Assembly: GCA_045837725.1 (NCBI GenBank)
Contig: JBEWZL010000232.1
Coordinates: forward strand, 186,001-250,000
Reading direction: 5' to 3'
Length of the DNA stretch: 64,000 nt
Source of the DNA: Vermamoeba vermiformis
Lineage: Eukaryota
The number at the start of each line of letters is the position of its first letter. The first letter of the stretch is position 1. Below are positions 62,790 through 64,000 of this stretch, in pieces. The notes below the pieces were generated by a model that had not been told where the DNA came from, searched no databases, and saw only the letters and a program-made list of their open reading frames with translations. Position numbers and translations under genes: made by a program.

Positions 62790-63490
62790 TCACTCGCTGT
62801 CAGAGCCGTAGCCGAGCAGCGCACTGAGTCCAGATCCACTCGTCTCGCTCTCCGCACTCACTGCTGCACCGCTCTGCTCTTCAATCTTGCTGCGCTTGGC
62901 TGCAGGTAGGGGTGAGTCATCATCATCGTTATTGTCCTCATCACGCTCCTTGCGCTTGTCCCCACTGTGCTCCGTCTTGGGCCGCACTCGCAGCACAGGC
63001 TTGGTGTCCTTGCTCTTATTGTTCTTATTCTTGGGCTTGGCGACGAGTGTGAGCACACTGGCAGTGTCGGGCTGATAGTGGAGCGACTGCACTTGTTGTT
63101 GAAAGGCTGCGGTCTCGCGGTCCACTTGCTTGGCGATCTGCTTCTGTTTGCGCTGCAGTTCAATGAAGAACATGTACTCCTCTTCGCTGATGGCACTCGG
63201 TCCTCCTGCGGGGGGGGCGGTGAGTGGATGTGGCGTGGATCAACCGCACACAATTATCACTGGACACATAACTGTGTAGCTTATAATATATATATACAGC
63301 ACTACGTACCAGCAGTGACGCGCTCAGTGTCGAATTGGATCTGCTTCTCTTTGTTGTCTTTGAGGCGTTCATACAAACTCTTGCCGTCCTCTGCGAAGCG
63401 TGGGGGCTCGGGATTGCTCGCCTCATCGCGCCGATTATTATTGCTATTATATGAGGGCTTGCTAGTGCTGCCTTCTGACACGAACTGCAT
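62790..63490 (-). CDS. PSME3IP1: FAM192A/PSME3IP1 (Fyv6-like) nuclear protein
   Basis: MQFVSEG..KSLYERLKDNKEK, EEEYMFF, C-terminal LLGYGSDSE. Confidence 0.7.
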
Positions 63491-63640
63491 TGCTGTAGAT
63501 GTGTTCGGTGCGAATGAGAAATGACAATAACACTTTGCAACCAGTCGATTGAGCACCACGCACGGTGCCATGTGCTCGCAGTAGATTTGTACTATATATA
63601 TACCTCATATAACGCCAAATACGACATGACCAACTGAGTC

Positions 63641-64000
63641 ATGTACACATCCAGCCCACGCGTGTTATTATTATTGGCGAGTCTATGCGCGCTGTGCATC
63701 ACGCATGGCACATGTATATATTTATCGCGCGATATAGACCTCGCTGCAGCACCATTTGTCGATCTATTCACGTTTGGTTTTCAACAAGGCGGTGGGATCG
63801 AGCTGCGTCTCATCATCAAAGAACTACAACTCTATAACAATACTCCTATTTATTTTTATATATGCGAACACGACAAGTTCACTGCGGTATGTATTCGACG
63901 CGATCGCAAATAATTGAAATTGAATAATAATTTATTTTCAATTTTAAAATATTGTAATTAAACGCAACGACCATTAACTCAGTTATATGAAGATATCCGA
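63641..64000 (+). CDS. GPR107/108/TMEM87-type (lung seven-TM) protein, N-terminal part only
   Basis: Signal peptide followed by the TFGFQQGGGIEL motif; runs off the window end. Confidence 0.5.

Noticed and set aside
1-64000. Alternative genetic code, selenocysteine readthrough, U12 introns, tRNA/rRNA genes, transposons
   Set aside because: The in-frame stops I examined are explained by GT/GC-AG introns; I saw no RTATCCTT donors, cloverleafs, rRNA, transposase/RT ORFs or TIR/LTR pairs.

Overview
Eukaryotic nuclear DNA from a compact, intron-rich protist genome (standard code; GT-AG introns mostly ~45-60 nt, longer and AT-rich near gene 5' ends; many intergenic gaps <200 nt). An amoebozoan-like origin is plausible but cannot be proven from sequence alone. 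About 30 spliced genes were reconstructed by eye, including HPS3, TAF13, CLASP, KDSR, GID8, a DNAJB co-chaperone, GPATCH4, Derlin, YEATS2, COPS7, DIS3 (with an intronic C/D snoRNA), KANSL1, a TatD nuclease, an RBR E3 ligase, GLRX3, MTMR14, COX7a, IGHMBP2, ELYS, FAM192A, and several bacterial-type genes (thermolysin M4, LUD, DUF6939-like, clan GH-A hydrolase). The most striking unexplained signal is at DNA level. Gene bodies, especially at 43-62 kb, are packed with near-perfect consensus sites of conserved eukaryotic transcription-factor families (E-box CACGTG, TGACAnnTGTCA, MEF2 CTA(W)4TAG, CArG CC(W)6GG, CCAAT/E-box composites). These occur in exons in several reading frames and in introns, visibly bias the encoded proteins, and are largely absent from the AT-rich 5' ends. 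Exon boundaries and motif counts are manual; gene identities come from recalled motifs, not database searches.
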